59,938 nucleotides of DNA from Bdellovibrionota bacterium (GTDB lineage: Bacteria > Bdellovibrionota_C > UBA2361 > OMII01). The translations under genes were made by a program, and so were the position numbers. The stretch covers positions 1-59,938 of the forward strand of contig JBIKWQ010000009.1 in assembly GCA_044356215.1 (NCBI GenBank), in the 5' to 3' direction. The notes below the pieces were generated by a model. The model was not told where the DNA came from, ran no database searches, and was given only the letters and a program-made list of their open reading frames with translations. Within the stretch, counting starts at the first letter, position 1, and each line of letters starts with the position of its first letter. Shown here one piece after another: positions 1 through 10,439 of this stretch.

Positions 1-75
1 CCATAATTGCCCATAAAAGGGCCGTTCTCTGTGTCCTCTGCGTCCTCTGTGGTGATAAAGAACTGCGACGCCCTA
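1..75. mobile_element. Partial MITE, family B (right end, cut by window edge)
   Basis: Ends in ...GTGATAAAGAACTGCGACGCCCTA and closely matches the corresponding half of the copies at 20763, 56531 and 57393. Confidence 0.85.
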
Positions 76-146
76 CATTTCCACTGAACCAGAAGCTTAA
101 TCCCAGCGGATATGGTATTTAGTCTCGGATATCGGGAACAAATACT

Positions 147-560
147 ATGTCAAACGCGGCTCTGAAATTCTCGACTACATTAACACAGGCTAATTACAGC
201 CTAAACGTCGCTAATAACGATCTTACCGAACGCCAAAACCACTGGTGGTCTGAGCGTCGAATCCTGACACTTGCGTTAATTTTAGTAGGCTTTCAGATCC
301 TAGACGGGGCGCTGACCTATTCTGGAATGAGCACTTTTGGAGTGCGTGCTGAGGGAAATCCTCTCTTAAGAAATTTTATGGAGCTGGTCGGTGTGCTACC
401 AGCTATCGCTTTAACTAAATTAATCTGTATCGGGGTGGTGCTTGGACTCTGCTCTCAGGCTCAAAAGATCTCTTGGCTTCCCAAGGCCCTCACGGGTATC
501 GCGGGAGTTTACGCGGTAGCGGCGATACTGCCTTGGTCAGTGCTGCTTTTGATGGGTTAG
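147..560 (+). CDS. Small membrane protein, DUF5658-like
   Basis: Three hydrophobic segments; 'QILDGALTY' and 'EGNPLL' motifs. Confidence 0.6.
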   Translation: MSNAALKFSTTLTQANYSLNVANNDLTERQNHWWSERRILTLALILVGFQILDGALTYSGMSTFGVRAEGNPLLRNFMELVGVLPAIALTKLICIGVVLGLCSQAQKISWLPKALTGIAGVYAVAAILPWSVLLLMG

Positions 561-814
561 GGAAGCGAGGCAAAACCCCTCCCTGCTGCGAAAGCGGATC
601 TTGAGCTGCTCTTCGAGTTTTCGTGACGAGAAAAAATCCTCAATGTATCTCAGAGGATACATCTCCGCCTTCGCTAAAGCTACGGCCGACGAGGCTTTTG
701 TCGGACCAGACGTAGCCTTGGCGTAGTCTGGTGCGGTTTTTTCTCATCACGAAAATCGAATATCAACTCAATCTCCACCTTCTCGCTACGGGTAGGTTTT
801 GCCTCGCTTCCCTA
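558..814. mobile_element. Palindromic MITE/RPE-like element, family C, with nested small hairpin repeats
   Basis: Perfect 20-bp terminal inverted repeats TAGGGAAGCGAGGCAAAACC / GGTTTTGCCTCGCTTCCCTA plus internal symmetry (TTTTCGTGACGAGAAAAAA / TTTTTTCTCATCACGAAAA). Confidence 0.75.
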
Positions 815-869
815 GCTCCCCCTGATAAATCTACCATCGCCGCGCGACTTTTAGTAGAATGACCAACTT

Positions 870-1352
870 ATGCGTGTTACCAAATGGGGCGAATGTGGAA
901 TTTTGTGCGCGGTTTACCTAGCCGAAAGGTATGGCCAGGGAACTGTCGGAGCGCTTGAGATCTCTGAGAGCCAATCGTTGGATATTCAATACACTCAGCA
1001 GATCCTTCAACGTCTAAGAAAGGGCGGCGTAATAGACAGCGAACGCGGCCCACGAGGAGGCTACCGGCTAGCCCGCCTGCCGGAGCAGATCACGCTTAAA
1101 GACATACTATACGCCACTGAAGGCGATACATTTCAGATCATTTGCGACTACGCCCCCATACATCCAGACGCTGAGGATGGAGCTCACTGCGCCACGAAAG
1201 AGAGCTGCGGCTTGCACGGGGTGTGGCAGGACCTAAGAAGCGCTATAGATAAATTGCTTGAGCAGAAAACTTTAAAAGATCTGGTAGGGCTAAACAGCAA
1301 AAGCGCCGCTTCAGCATTGGTTCAGTTATCGCAAAAAGGGGCGCGTCAGTAA
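870..1352 (+). CDS. Rrf2-family transcriptional regulator, probably Fe-S binding
   Basis: Winged HTH with 'SERGPRGGYRLAR...ITLKDI'; three C-terminal Cys (IICD, HCAT, SCGLH). Confidence 0.9.
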   Translation: MRVTKWGECGILCAVYLAERYGQGTVGALEISESQSLDIQYTQQILQRLRKGGVIDSERGPRGGYRLARLPEQITLKDILYATEGDTFQIICDYAPIHPDAEDGAHCATKESCGLHGVWQDLRSAIDKLLEQKTLKDLVGLNSKSAASALVQLSQKGARQ

Positions 1353-1353
1353 C

Positions 1354-1836
1354 TTACAACGCCGGAACAAAAATATACTTATGCAGGCGGGCCTCGCCTC
1401 CTCGACGCAGCTCTATCGTTGCCTCATTCTGACTCGCGAGCAACTGAACGAAAGCGGGAAACTGCGCTGGATTTTTAATTAGATATCGATTCGCCGCAAC
1501 TATAACATCACCGTTCTCTAAGCCAATAAGGCCGTACACACCATCCGCGGCTATATCGAAAACCCGGTACTCATAGCTCTCTGAGGCGGATACAGATTGA
1601 AAAACTGGAACCAAGCGGATTGGGTTTTCGCGAATCTTAGTTAAGGACGCACGCAACTGATTTCTCTGAATAGTGTGTGATACAATCTTTAAGGAAGGTG
1701 GGATCGGTCTAACATCATCGATGAATTTAGGTGATGGAGTTACCGCGGGAGAGCATCCTTGCGCGACCACAAAAATCGCCCCTAGCGCGCACGTGCCAAG
1801 AAACCGTCGAATGTTAATACTCATCACCGTCCTCAA
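1354..1836 (-). CDS. PDZ-domain lipoprotein
   Basis: Lipobox-like AQGC; 'GLENGDVIVAAN' and 'IELRRGGE' resemble a PDZ domain. Confidence 0.6.
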   Translation of the reverse strand: MRTVMSINIRRFLGTCALGAIFVVAQGCSPAVTPSPKFIDDVRPIPPSLKIVSHTIQRNQLRASLTKIRENPIRLVPVFQSVSASESYEYRVFDIAADGVYGLIGLENGDVIVAANRYLIKNPAQFPAFVQLLASQNEATIELRRGGEARLHKYIFVPAL

Positions 1837-2498
1837 GACCCTACTTCGCAGAACTGTTCCACTGAGTCCTTGTCGATCCTTAGGTATCGCGCCCGCTCTG
1901 CCATAACTATCGAGCGGACCTGATCATAGGTCGAATCAAGATCCCTATTTACAACCAGATAATCTATAGTCGATCGTTCTCCGTGTAACCGCAACAGAGA
2001 TTGATACTCGCTCCGCGCCGTCTCAAAGCGCCTCATCTGCTCCTGCGGGTCTACTGTTCCCCTGACCTGCAACCTTTTTTTAAGCTCCTCAAAAGATGGT
2101 GGAACGATAAATATTGTAACCGAGTTATCAGGAAACTGACGTTTAAAATTGAGCGCGCCCCTAATATCGATCTGGAAAACCAGGTCCTTGCCACTCTCTA
2201 TCCCCTTGATGACATTTTCCTGCAGAGTTCCGTAAAGATTACCGTGAACCTCCTCCCACTCAAAAAACTCACCGCGCTCCCGCCTGGCGATAAACTCTTC
2301 GCGGCTCATAAAGTGATAACTACTACCACTCACCTCTGTTGCGCGTGGGGGTCGCGATGTGGCTGAAACAGAATACTGCAAAGCGCCTGGAAATTCGGAT
2401 ACGAGCCGATCACAAAAGGTGCTCTTTCCTGATCCGGTCGGCCCCATCAGAATAAATAAGATCCCCTTTCTTACAAGCTTTCGATTCGCGCCACTCAT
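1833..2498 (-). CDS. gmk: Guanylate kinase
   Basis: GPTGSGKST P-loop, 'SVSATSRPPR', 'VHGNLYGT'; lies downstream of yicC. Confidence 0.96.
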   Translation of the reverse strand: MSGANRKLVRKGILFILMGPTGSGKSTFCDRLVSEFPGALQYSVSATSRPPRATEVSGSSYHFMSREEFIARRERGEFFEWEEVHGNLYGTLQENVIKGIESGKDLVFQIDIRGALNFKRQFPDNSVTIFIVPPSFEELKKRLQVRGTVDPQEQMRRFETARSEYQSLLRLHGERSTIDYLVVNRDLDSTYDQVRSIVMAERARYLRIDKDSVEQFCEVGS

Positions 2499-2523
2499 TT
2501 TATAAATATCCCCAGCAACGACA

Positions 2524-3435
2524 CTACTCTACGTTTTGAACCTGTTCACGCGCTCGCTCTAGCTCAGCTTTGGCTTCTACCACTATACCCTGCGCATCCG
2601 CGTCCTGAACCTTTGAGCCGATTGTATTCAATTCCCTACCGATCTCCTGAAGCGTGAAATCTAATTTACGTCCAACGCCGTCGGAATGACCGGCTTTCAA
2701 GAGGTTTTGAAATTGATTAAGGTGGATCGAAAGCCTAGTTAGCTCCTCACTAATATCAACGCGATCAGCTAAGATAGCGACCTCAAGAGCCAATCTCTCA
2801 GGATCGAGCTTAAGCTCCGATGATAAGCCAGCCAACTTCTCCGTGAGTCGCGCGTGAAATCGCTCAGGAGATTTCGCCACTCTTGTAGCGATAGCATCGC
2901 GCATCGAATCTATCGCGGAGATTCGCCGCGAGATATCCGTTGATATAGCGGCGCCCTCAATCGCTCTTGATTCTTTCAGCGCATCACTAGCCCTGCTCGT
3001 CAAATTAAGGATCTCTCGATGCTCTTCATCTGAGATCTCTCCACCCTCTCCAAAGGCTGACAGATCCTTTAAAACCAGCGCCCCGATAAATTGAGCGAGT
3101 CCATCACTCCCCGCCCCGAATCTCTTACACGCGGCCGAATACCTAGCAACCGCCACATCGTATCCGGAAAGTGGGGTCGAATCTTTTATAGAGCTAGCGT
3201 TAATCCTTCGATAAACCGCCACATCGAATCTTCCGCGCCTGTGACTACCACGTAAGATAGATCCGATATCGCGCTCTAACAGCGCGCGCGCGCGTGGCGC
3301 CTTCACGGCGACTTCAAAGAAACGGTGATTAACAGATTTAATCTCAACCTCTAGGTCGACTTCTTGGCAGCTCCCGGTCACCCGAGCGAACCCAGTCATA
3401 CTCCTTACTGGATGTAACTCTGTCGGCTTAGTCAT
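2524..3435 (-). CDS. yicC: YicC/YloC-family endoribonuclease
   Basis: 'SMTGFAR', 'EIKSVNHRF', 'GRKLDF..QE..RE.NTIGSK', C-terminal 'REQVQNVE'. Confidence 0.95.
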   Translation of the reverse strand: MTKPTELHPVRSMTGFARVTGSCQEVDLEVEIKSVNHRFFEVAVKAPRARALLERDIGSILRGSHRRGRFDVAVYRRINASSIKDSTPLSGYDVAVARYSAACKRFGAGSDGLAQFIGALVLKDLSAFGEGGEISDEEHREILNLTSRASDALKESRAIEGAAISTDISRRISAIDSMRDAIATRVAKSPERFHARLTEKLAGLSSELKLDPERLALEVAILADRVDISEELTRLSIHLNQFQNLLKAGHSDGVGRKLDFTLQEIGRELNTIGSKVQDADAQGIVVEAKAELERAREQVQNVE

Positions 3436-3441
3436 GAGAGT

Positions 3442-4455
3442 CTAGATCTCCCACTTATCAACCTGTTCCCGCAGCTTGTCTAGCTTAATCGCCGCGGTTC
3501 CTACCTCTGAGACCACTATTCCGGCGGCGATATTAGCCAAGATACCCGCGTTAACCGGACCAGCTCCAACAGCCAGCGCGGCGGTATAAACGGCTGTCAC
3601 TGTATCTCCCGCTCCACTCACGTCGAAAACTTCGCGCGCCATGGTCTCAAGGTGAAGACCATCTGAACTATCCGCGCGCCGAACCACCATTCCACCCTCT
3701 CCTAGGGTGATAACGATAATCTCAGAGCCCCATTTTTTAATCAGCGTTCCCGCCGCCTCAAAGGCATCCTCGATGCTCTTGATACTTTTGCCGGAAGCAG
3801 CCTCCGCCTCTTTTCGATTCGGCTTAGCTACACTCATCCCGCGGTATCGCTCGTAATTTCGTGGATGCGGATCCACAAATAGCGGCTTTGAATTGAGGCC
3901 AAGCTCCCCGCTTTCATAAGCCTCTGTCAGTGTCTTAATGACATCAACCGTAACAGCGCTCTTGCCGTAATCTGAGAGGATTACAGCTTTAGCATCCGTC
4001 ATCTTATCTTTGACGAGGCTGGACAGCTTCTTAGATATCTCTGGAGTCGCGGTATCAAGGATCTCGCGATCGACTCTAACTACCTGCTGAGTCGCCGCGA
4101 TTACTCTGCTCTTGAGGACAGTAGGGCGAGATTTATCTACCACTACACCAGAGTAATCAGCACCTGCCTGCTCAAAGAGATCAAGCATTACTCGACCATC
4201 TGAGTCATCCCCAATGAGACCAACAATAGAAACCTTTACACCTAAATTGACCAGATTGCGCACGACGTTTCCCGCGCCACCCAGCCTATCCTCCATCTTA
4301 ACGACCTGAACAACTGGAACCGGAGCCTCTGGGGAGATCCGCTCGACTTTCCCCCAGGTATAACGATCTAATAGTAGATCGCCCATCACCATAATCGGGG
4401 TCCCAGCTATCTTCTCGAGCGTTTCAAGCAGCTCGTGCTTATTTCCTAATTTCAT
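3442..4455 (-). CDS. hldA: D-glycero-D-manno-heptose-7-phosphate kinase (PfkB family)
   Basis: 'RISPEAPVPV', 'GGAGNV', 'DVSGAGDT'; sits among LPS core genes. Confidence 0.93.
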   Translation of the reverse strand: MKLGNKHELLETLEKIAGTPIMVMGDLLLDRYTWGKVERISPEAPVPVVQVVKMEDRLGGAGNVVRNLVNLGVKVSIVGLIGDDSDGRVMLDLFEQAGADYSGVVVDKSRPTVLKSRVIAATQQVVRVDREILDTATPEISKKLSSLVKDKMTDAKAVILSDYGKSAVTVDVIKTLTEAYESGELGLNSKPLFVDPHPRNYERYRGMSVAKPNRKEAEAASGKSIKSIEDAFEAAGTLIKKWGSEIIVITLGEGGMVVRRADSSDGLHLETMAREVFDVSGAGDTVTAVYTAALAVGAGPVNAGILANIAAGIVVSEVGTAAIKLDKLREQVDKWEI

Positions 4456-4516
4456 AACTCGATTATCCTAAGGTTGAGCGATGATAACAGGCATCAGCTA
4501 AAGACACCACCTCCGA

Positions 4517-5533
4517 CTAATGCCCGTAACCGACTCGGGAGATCCTCTCAAGCACCATCTCAGGCTGGATTAATTTCATGCAGACCTTACCCAATCCTGG
4601 GCAAACACGACGTTTACACGGGGCGCATCCTACATTGGCCGTTAAGGTTAAATCCTCGCTTCCGCGTGGGGCGTTCCTTACCCACGGAGTCGGGCCAAAT
4701 AGCGTCACATGTTTTGTACCAACCGCCCCAGCGATATGGCCGGGACCTGAATCTGGTCCGACTAAAACTTGAGCGCTACTTACTAAGGCTACCAGCTCCT
4801 TCAAATTGGTTTTCCCGGCCAAGTTAACAACTTTAGCTTTTGTCTTCACCTTCTCTAGTCGCTCCGCCATCGCGACCTTGGTCTTATCAGCTAAGAAGAC
4901 CACAGTTTGCTCAGGCATAATCGACAACAGTCCTTCATAGCCCTCAACTGGCCAATCCTTAGAGTCCCACGATGATCCTAAGATAAATCCAACGTATGGC
5001 TCACTACGAAGCTGCTCAGCCCATGGAGCCTCAACTCCTTGAAGTGTAATCGACTCAAGACCCGACGAGAGCGTTTCAGGGATCGGCAAACCAAGCGGCT
5101 TAAGAAAGGTCTGATAGTGATCTACCTTTGATATCGCCTCTCCTTGTGGGTCAACGTACTCGGTGTTGAAAATCCAGTTAAACTCTTTGGCGTCACGCCG
5201 ATGAAAACCGATTCGACGTGAAGAACCAGAGAACCAAGAGAAGAGACCGCTCTTTGAATGCCGCTGCAGATCAAGCGTCACATCGAATGAGCGCTTAGCT
5301 AGCTCTCTTCTAATCTCTAGAACCCCAGCTAAACCTTTGGGGCGATTAAAGACGATTATCTCATCTATCGCTGGATGTAACTTAAGAATTCCAGAGCATG
5401 CTGGTTCAACAAGCCAAGTGATATGCGCCTCTGGTTGCGCGGCCTTGATCGAATTAACTAGGTACATTCCGCGCACCACATCACCTAGCGCGCCCATTAG
5501 GATAAAGAGATATCGCTTCGCCTGATTACTCAC
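4517..5533 (-). CDS. GT9 LPS heptosyltransferase
   Basis: 'GALGDVV', 'DLQ', 'DSGPGHIA', 'LFGPT'. Confidence 0.9.
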   Translation of the reverse strand: MSNQAKRYLFILMGALGDVVRGMYLVNSIKAAQPEAHITWLVEPACSGILKLHPAIDEIIVFNRPKGLAGVLEIRRELAKRSFDVTLDLQRHSKSGLFSWFSGSSRRIGFHRRDAKEFNWIFNTEYVDPQGEAISKVDHYQTFLKPLGLPIPETLSSGLESITLQGVEAPWAEQLRSEPYVGFILGSSWDSKDWPVEGYEGLLSIMPEQTVVFLADKTKVAMAERLEKVKTKAKVVNLAGKTNLKELVALVSSAQVLVGPDSGPGHIAGAVGTKHVTLFGPTPWVRNAPRGSEDLTLTANVGCAPCKRRVCPGLGKVCMKLIQPEMVLERISRVGYGH

Positions 5534-6260
5534 CGTAGCTCCTTAAAGTTAAAGACATCATCTCTGAAAGTACCGGAGACAGTTTGTGCTTAATTACAGC
5601 CCTTCTCCAGCGCCTTAAATAAAGCTCCCTAAGCGCTGACTCACCACCAGAGAAAATTCGCGCTTTGTCGAAATCAACGATAAACGCCTTACCATCACCA
5701 GATACGAGAACATTTCCCGGATGCAGATCAACGTGAAAAATCTGGTTCTTGATCAGGAGCCCAAGCTGCTTTCCTAGCTCATCCATCGCGTGACGAAGAT
5801 CGTCACCATCCTCGTTCTGAACCTCCACGAGGCTACGCGTATCACCTAACTCTTCCATGACGAGCCAGGTCCCATAAACAATGGCACCCTTAGTAATAAT
5901 CGCCAGAGGACGCGGCGCGTTAACGCCAAGCGAGCGCGCGCGCTCAAGCATCTCAAATTCCAACCGAGAGCGTTGCTCACCAATAGCCAAGAAACGGCCA
6001 CCAGTAATAGAGCGTAGCATCCCACCATGCGAATAGTGCTTTACAAAGACCCTACCAAATCCGGAGAGATTGAATATGAAGGACTTACTCCTTCCCCCCA
6101 AAGTACCACGAGGGCTCTCGTGATCTCCCAGTCGCAAAGTTCTGATTAATTCCGTCGCCTGCTCATCAGATAATATGCCGCGGCTAGCGACAATGTATGG
6201 CCCGCGAACCATCTGATTAAAAGCTATTTTCTCCGAAACAATCGCCTGATCAAAAGACAT
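5526..6260 (-). CDS. LPS/Kdo kinase-family protein
   Basis: 'VKHY', 'HVDLHPGNVL', 'IVDFDKA'; LPS operon context. Confidence 0.85.
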   Translation of the reverse strand: MSFDQAIVSEKIAFNQMVRGPYIVASRGILSDEQATELIRTLRLGDHESPRGTLGGRSKSFIFNLSGFGRVFVKHYSHGGMLRSITGGRFLAIGEQRSRLEFEMLERARSLGVNAPRPLAIITKGAIVYGTWLVMEELGDTRSLVEVQNEDGDDLRHAMDELGKQLGLLIKNQIFHVDLHPGNVLVSGDGKAFIVDFDKARIFSGGESALRELYLRRWRRAVIKHKLSPVLSEMMSLTLRSYGE

Positions 6261-6272
6261 CGTAAAACCGAC

Positions 6273-7409
6273 CTATATAACTCTGAGCCCTGTTACCTTA
6301 GGCCGCGCTGAATCTCCTAATAAAAGGTCATCTAACGCGCTAAGTACCATCTCACTTGAAACACCATCTATGCACGCGTTTGTGCCATTCGGACAACGCC
6401 GCGAACCGTGACGCCGACACGGTTTGCAAAATAACTCACCCTTCTCAACTATAATGGCTCTATTCTTCCACGGACCAAAACCAAACAAGGGAGACGTGGC
6501 GCAGAAGACGGCTACTGTTGGAACCTTCTTTGCTGAACCTAGATGCAAAGCTAAGCTGTCGTTGCAGACTATCGCCTTAGCTCCACTTACAAGATAGATC
6601 AATTCAGCTAGCGAGGTTTTCCCGCACAGATTAGTAGTGGCATCAGGCGCTAGATCGAGCCCCTGACACACCTGCTCACACGCCGCCACATCGGATGGCG
6701 CGCCTACAAGCATGACCCGCGCCCCACGTTTTACTAAATCGCTCGCGACTCCTCGGAAACCATCAGGTGACCATCTTTTCGTCTCCCAAGCGCTGCCAGG
6801 CGAGAGAACAAAATAAGGTTTCGAGTCGCTCACATAATTTTTTACCGCTTCCGATATGTCACTCTCTGGAAACTCAGGAACGCGTATCGAGAAAAGATCA
6901 CTTAGAGGGGTTGGTCCCTGTTTCTTGAGCGTATCTACCTCTGCCCGCATCGATGGTGAGAGATCTTCATACACTAACTCTAGGTTGCGGATCACCTCGT
7001 GCATCCGTTCAGTCTTAAAGACCGTGCGATTTGAAAAAAAGCTTAGTCGCGCGTCTCCATATCCGACACGCTCAGGTATGCCCGCCAATCTGAGCATAAC
7101 GCTAGTACGTGGAGATCTGTGAAAAGCATAAGAGCGATTAAATCCCTTAGAGCGTAAAAGGCTTACAAAAGCGCGAACTCCTTTCAAACCCGGATACTCT
7201 TTGCGACGATCAAATACTATCACCTCATCGACAAACGGATCGCGTCTCGCCAGATCCGCTGTTTGAGGGGGCGCCAGCACAGTGATATGATTATCAGGCG
7301 AACTACGCTTCAACGCCTCAAAGACCGGAGTGGTCAGCAACATATCTCCGAAGTGGCCCTTGGGAACAATTAGTATCTTATTAGTCACAGATGATTCCCC
7401 TCGCGGCAC
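6273..7409 (-). CDS. GT9 heptosyltransferase II-like
   Basis: 'GDMLLTTP', 'PGSAWETKRW', 'NDSLALH'. Confidence 0.88.
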   Translation of the reverse strand: MPRGESSVTNKILIVPKGHFGDMLLTTPVFEALKRSSPDNHITVLAPPQTADLARRDPFVDEVIVFDRRKEYPGLKGVRAFVSLLRSKGFNRSYAFHRSPRTSVMLRLAGIPERVGYGDARLSFFSNRTVFKTERMHEVIRNLELVYEDLSPSMRAEVDTLKKQGPTPLSDLFSIRVPEFPESDISEAVKNYVSDSKPYFVLSPGSAWETKRWSPDGFRGVASDLVKRGARVMLVGAPSDVAACEQVCQGLDLAPDATTNLCGKTSLAELIYLVSGAKAIVCNDSLALHLGSAKKVPTVAVFCATSPLFGFGPWKNRAIIVEKGELFCKPCRRHGSRRCPNGTNACIDGVSSEMVLSALDDLLLGDSARPKVTGLRVI

Positions 7410-7424
7410 ACGCTTAATCTCTGA

Positions 7425-8510
7425 TTACGCCGCTGCCTGCTCAATTACCGGTAGTTTAGAGGTTTTCTTTGATTCTGTCGCCAACTGCCCACAAGCGGCC
7501 GCGATATCCGCTCCCTTTGACCACCGAATAAACGCCTGCTGTCCTTGCGAGTTAAGATAACGCTGCCAAGAGAAGACCCAGTCACGATCTGGCGACTTGA
7601 AACCAAGGCCGGCGTTATCATTGTAAGGTATCAGGTTTATCTTTACCGGGAGGCCGCGCATCATCTTTGAGAGTCTGCGCATATCATCCTCGGTATCAGT
7701 GATCCCACCAAGCATTACGTACTCGATGGTGACTTTCTTACGCGGGCCAACCGGGAAATTCTTAACCGCGTCGAGCAGCTCCGCGATCGGAAACCGATCG
7801 TTGATCGGCATAATCTTAGATCTCGTCTCATCGGTTGTGCCGTTTAGCGATACAGCCAAACTAACCGCGACATCACTAGCGGCCAACTTTCGAATCGCTG
7901 GCACAAGACCCACGGTCGACACCGTGACCTTGCGCGGCGACATGCCATACCCGTGTCTGTCTGTTAGGTTACGTACCGCTCTGGTGACGCCGTCGAAATT
8001 ATGGAGCGGCTCACCCATCCCCATAAAGACTATATTCTGGAAGGAATCGCCAAAATTCTTAGCGTCCTCGATCACGCCGTTCACCTGTCGAAGGATCTCG
8101 GAAGTGGAGAGGCTCCTCTTTAAACCCATCGTTCCGGTGCGACAGAATTTGCATCCCATCGCGCACCCTACCTGAGATGACACACAAAGTGTCATTCGGT
8201 TTGGCTGCTTAATCATCACCGATTCGACCAGGTCTCCCTGCTCTACCTCAAAGAGATACTTACGCGTACCGTCGACACTGATCTGGCGATCGGCGATACG
8301 CGCCTTCGGGAATACAAAGAACTCGGATAATTTCGCGCGTAGATCTCGGCTGATGTTAGTCATCAGATCGAAATCTGTTACCCCTTTACGATAAACCCAC
8401 TCAAATAACTGGGTTGCCCTAAAAGTTGAAGCGTCGAAACGAGTCTTTAAAAGCTCAGTGAGCTCGGAGTAACTGTAATTATAAAAATCGGAACTACTCA
8501 CCTCGCTCAC
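7425..8510 (-). CDS. rlmN: 23S rRNA m2A2503 / tRNA radical SAM methyltransferase
   Basis: CAMGCKFC radical SAM motif, 'MGMGEP', 'NLIPYN', 'AACGQL'. Confidence 0.96.
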   Translation of the reverse strand: MSEVSSSDFYNYSYSELTELLKTRFDASTFRATQLFEWVYRKGVTDFDLMTNISRDLRAKLSEFFVFPKARIADRQISVDGTRKYLFEVEQGDLVESVMIKQPNRMTLCVSSQVGCAMGCKFCRTGTMGLKRSLSTSEILRQVNGVIEDAKNFGDSFQNIVFMGMGEPLHNFDGVTRAVRNLTDRHGYGMSPRKVTVSTVGLVPAIRKLAASDVAVSLAVSLNGTTDETRSKIMPINDRFPIAELLDAVKNFPVGPRKKVTIEYVMLGGITDTEDDMRRLSKMMRGLPVKINLIPYNDNAGLGFKSPDRDWVFSWQRYLNSQGQQAFIRWSKGADIAAACGQLATESKKTSKLPVIEQAAA

Positions 8511-8530
8511 AAGACCACCAGATTCATAGA

Positions 8531-8944
8531 CTAGTTAAGCTCTGGGAAGAAGAGTTTAATCTCAGTGGCCGCGTTCTCTAGGCTATCCGAACCGTGAACT
8601 GCGTTAGCCGCGATGCTCTCAGCATACAGCGCGCGGATAGTTCCTGCGTCTGCCTTCTTAGGATCTGTAGCACCCATCAGCTTACGGTTTAGGTTTACCG
8701 CGTCATCGCCCTCAAGAACTGAGATAAGAACTCGTCCTGAGCACATGTAATCCACCAACTCACCATAGAACGGACGATCTTTGTGAATGATATAGAACTG
8801 CCCAGCCTCTTGTGGGGTTAGTGTTACCATCTTAGCCGCGATGATCGTTAATCCTGCTTCCTCGAAGTGATTGAGGATCTTGCCTACCAAATTACGGGAA
8901 GTCGCGTCTGGTTTAATAATAGAAAGTGTTCTTTGCTTTGACAT
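8531..8944 (-). CDS. ndk: Nucleoside diphosphate kinase
   Basis: '[10 protein letters not shown]', 'MGATDP', 'NAVHGSDS'. Confidence 0.97.
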   Translation of the reverse strand: MSKQRTLSIIKPDATSRNLVGKILNHFEEAGLTIIAAKMVTLTPQEAGQFYIIHKDRPFYGELVDYMCSGRVLISVLEGDDAVNLNRKLMGATDPKKADAGTIRALYAESIAANAVHGSDSLENAATEIKLFFPELN

Positions 8945-9149
8945 AATTGTGTAACGCCTTTTAGACCAATAAGTTACGGCTGTTTAGCCGCGTCGATGGA
9001 GTATAGACCGGAGCCGAATCTAACTCAAGTTAGGGGGGAGGATTGGGGCTTGAGGACCTCAGATTTAGGGAGGCTAGATTAAGGCTATTTAGCTAGTGAT
9101 TTCAACCTATTAAGCGGCTACCTGCGGTGACGCGCGGTACGTGCACAAG

Positions 9150-9671
9150 CTACAACCGCGCCTTCTTCTCAAGCGCCCTCGCCACCACTGGAGGCACCAT
9201 ATCGGAAACATCGCCACCCAGGAGCGCCACCTGCTTCACTATCGTTGAGCTGATATAAGAGTGCTCTTCTCGCGCTGTTAGAAAGAGGGTCTCGATTGAG
9301 TCATCAAGTTTACGGTTAATCAGCGACATCTGTGCCTCATAGTCAAAGTCAGAGATCGCTCTTAAGCCCCTAATCACGACTTTACTCTTAACACTCTTAA
9401 CGAATTCAACTAATAACCCCGAGAAGCTAATAACAGAGATCCGCCCCTTGTATCTGGAGAATTGCCGCTCAATTAGCGCGACTCGCTCAGCCTCCGTGAA
9501 GAGCGCGCTCTTTGATGGGTTACTCAAAACACCAACCACAACAGAGCCAAATATACCTAAGGCACGTTCGATGATATCAACGTGGCCGTTCGTCAAAGGG
9601 TCAAACGAGCCAGGGATCACCGCGACCTGAGAAACCGCTATCTTCTTATTAAGTGCTTTCTTGCCTACCAT
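9150..9671 (-). CDS. coaD: Phosphopantetheine adenylyltransferase (start moved to ATG 9671)
   Basis: 'PGSFDPLTNGHVDII', 'RGLRAISDFDYE', 'ISSTIVK'. Confidence 0.96.
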   Translation of the reverse strand: MVGKKALNKKIAVSQVAVIPGSFDPLTNGHVDIIERALGIFGSVVVGVLSNPSKSALFTEAERVALIERQFSRYKGRISVISFSGLLVEFVKSVKSKVVIRGLRAISDFDYEAQMSLINRKLDDSIETLFLTAREEHSYISSTIVKQVALLGGDVSDMVPPVVARALEKKARL

Positions 9672-9831
9672 AAAAGACCACGAGCTGTAACAAACGGGTA
9701 TATTTCCAAGACACCCATCTTCAGGGCCGATTGTGGCCAAGCTAAACTAATGAAGCAAGGCAAAAGATCGCTTTGCTCCATATCGCAACGCCCCTTTACG
9801 ATACAGCCTCAAGTGGGCGATATTAGGTTCA

Positions 9832-10422
9832 ATGAACACAACTTCTGAACAGAGATCACAATCAGGACGCTCGGCACCTATAAGAGAGCAGAGCGCTGCT
9901 GTTCTCTTTATGCTCTTTTTATTAATCGTATCGGGCGTGACAGCATCTGTCGTCGGGTACCGCGTCAAATCGGCGGACCTAGACAGGAAAGCGCAACTTT
10001 TAAAGGCTTATGAGAGCTTTGGAGGATCTTTTGTCTTAGCTCAGCAGCTTGGGACCAGCCGGGTATCTGACAATCTCACCACTGAACAGAATACATTCAT
10101 CGCCGCCTACGAGGTGAATTTGCGCGCCCGCGGTCAGGGGCTTTACAGAGTTCTAGAGACGACCCCGCCTGAAATGATGCCGAAGATTATTGAGAGCCTC
10201 TATACGATCGAGGCTACTGAAGCTGCTCGCAGTGCAGAGGACGCGTGGCGAGCGTATCAGAATCCCCCTTCAACGGAGAGCGCCGCAGCGGGGATCAAAC
10301 CTAATTCAAACCCCAAGGCGATCCGCTTTGCGAAGCAGTACGACCGATTCTTGGCTCGAGATACTGAAGTTAAGTTGTTTAGGTATCTAAAAGATAAGGC
10401 GGTCTCAGCGAGCGCTGAGTAA
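9832..10422 (+). CDS. Membrane-anchored hypothetical protein, weakly DUF4375-like
   Basis: One N-terminal TM helix; 196-aa ORF; family resemblance is weak. Confidence 0.5.
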   Translation: MNTTSEQRSQSGRSAPIREQSAAVLFMLFLLIVSGVTASVVGYRVKSADLDRKAQLLKAYESFGGSFVLAQQLGTSRVSDNLTTEQNTFIAAYEVNLRARGQGLYRVLETTPPEMMPKIIESLYTIEATEAARSAEDAWRAYQNPPSTESAAAGIKPNSNPKAIRFAKQYDRFLARDTEVKLFRYLKDKAVSASAE

Positions 10423-10439
10423 CCCGCCCTAAGGAAAAT

